A DNA stretch of 63,991 bases, counting the filler, from Dugesia japonica (lineage: Eukaryota), in assembly GCA_001938525.1 (NCBI GenBank). It is 6 parts of 6 records of this genome, joined end to end, with 100 filler letters (N's around TTAATTAATTAA, not from the genome) between each part and the next. Parts side by side here need not be neighbours in the genome. Positions count along the whole stretch, not along the records: positions 55,561 to 63,991 come from MQRL01591326.1; 5 more parts are not named here. One strand, written 5' to 3'. The translations under genes were made by a program, and so were the position numbers. Shown here piece after piece: positions 63,772 to 63,991 of the stretch. The notes beneath the pieces were generated by a model. It saw only the letters and a program-made list of their open reading frames with translations. It searched no databases and was not told the origin of the DNA. Within the stretch, counting starts at the first letter, position 1; every line of letters starts with the position of its first letter.

Positions 63772-63991
63772 AGTAGGTAGATAGTGGCGTACTGGATCAC
63801 CCCCCCTAGAAAAAGAACTTTTGTATCAAAGAGCTTGAGTCATAATTATGAGTCATCGATGACTAGAACAAAGACCATGACTCATCGATGACTCATCGTT
63901 TATCTATATCAGAGTGACTAATCATTTTTCTAGATCAAGATGAATCATACTTTTTTCAAAAATTTTTCTATGTCCAAAATAACAAAGCCAA
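63772..63991 (+). mobile_element. Polinton TIR (left end; element runs off the window)
   Basis: AGTAGGTAGATAGTGGCGTACTGGATCACCCC then TGAGTCAT/TGACTCAT repeats colinear with the TIR next to polB. Confidence 0.7.

Overview
Very AT-rich, repeat-dense metazoan draft DNA. A 5' 18S rRNA remnant and the repeat repertoire point to a planarian-type flatworm, but this is inference. The window is not one locus: five artificial N44-TTAATTAATTAA-N44 linkers join six unrelated scaffold pieces. Only one clear host coding exon is present (a GALNT-like type II membrane protein, 38347-38698). The rest is decayed mobile DNA: hAT, Tigger, mariner and piggyBac remnants, two related Ty3/Gypsy gag-pol relics, an R2/NeSL-like RT, Penelope-type minimal hammerhead ribozymes, an env-like glycoprotein relic, and a Polinton/Maverick protein-primed PolB gene with many Polinton-like termini. 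The most unusual system is a family of ~4-kb TGTTGGGG...CCCCAACA elements with perfect 4-bp target-site duplications (12561-16545 and 44828-48788, plus an inverted partial third copy). They look like giant solo LTRs, yet each carries the same ordered cassette of four small genes of unknown function. Each gene starts at a splice acceptor and is conserved at the protein level while the spacers have diverged, and there is also a variable antisense ORF region. A second, divergent element with similar organisation lies at about 22.5-25.0 kb. All calls come from reading and translating by eye; no database searches were run.
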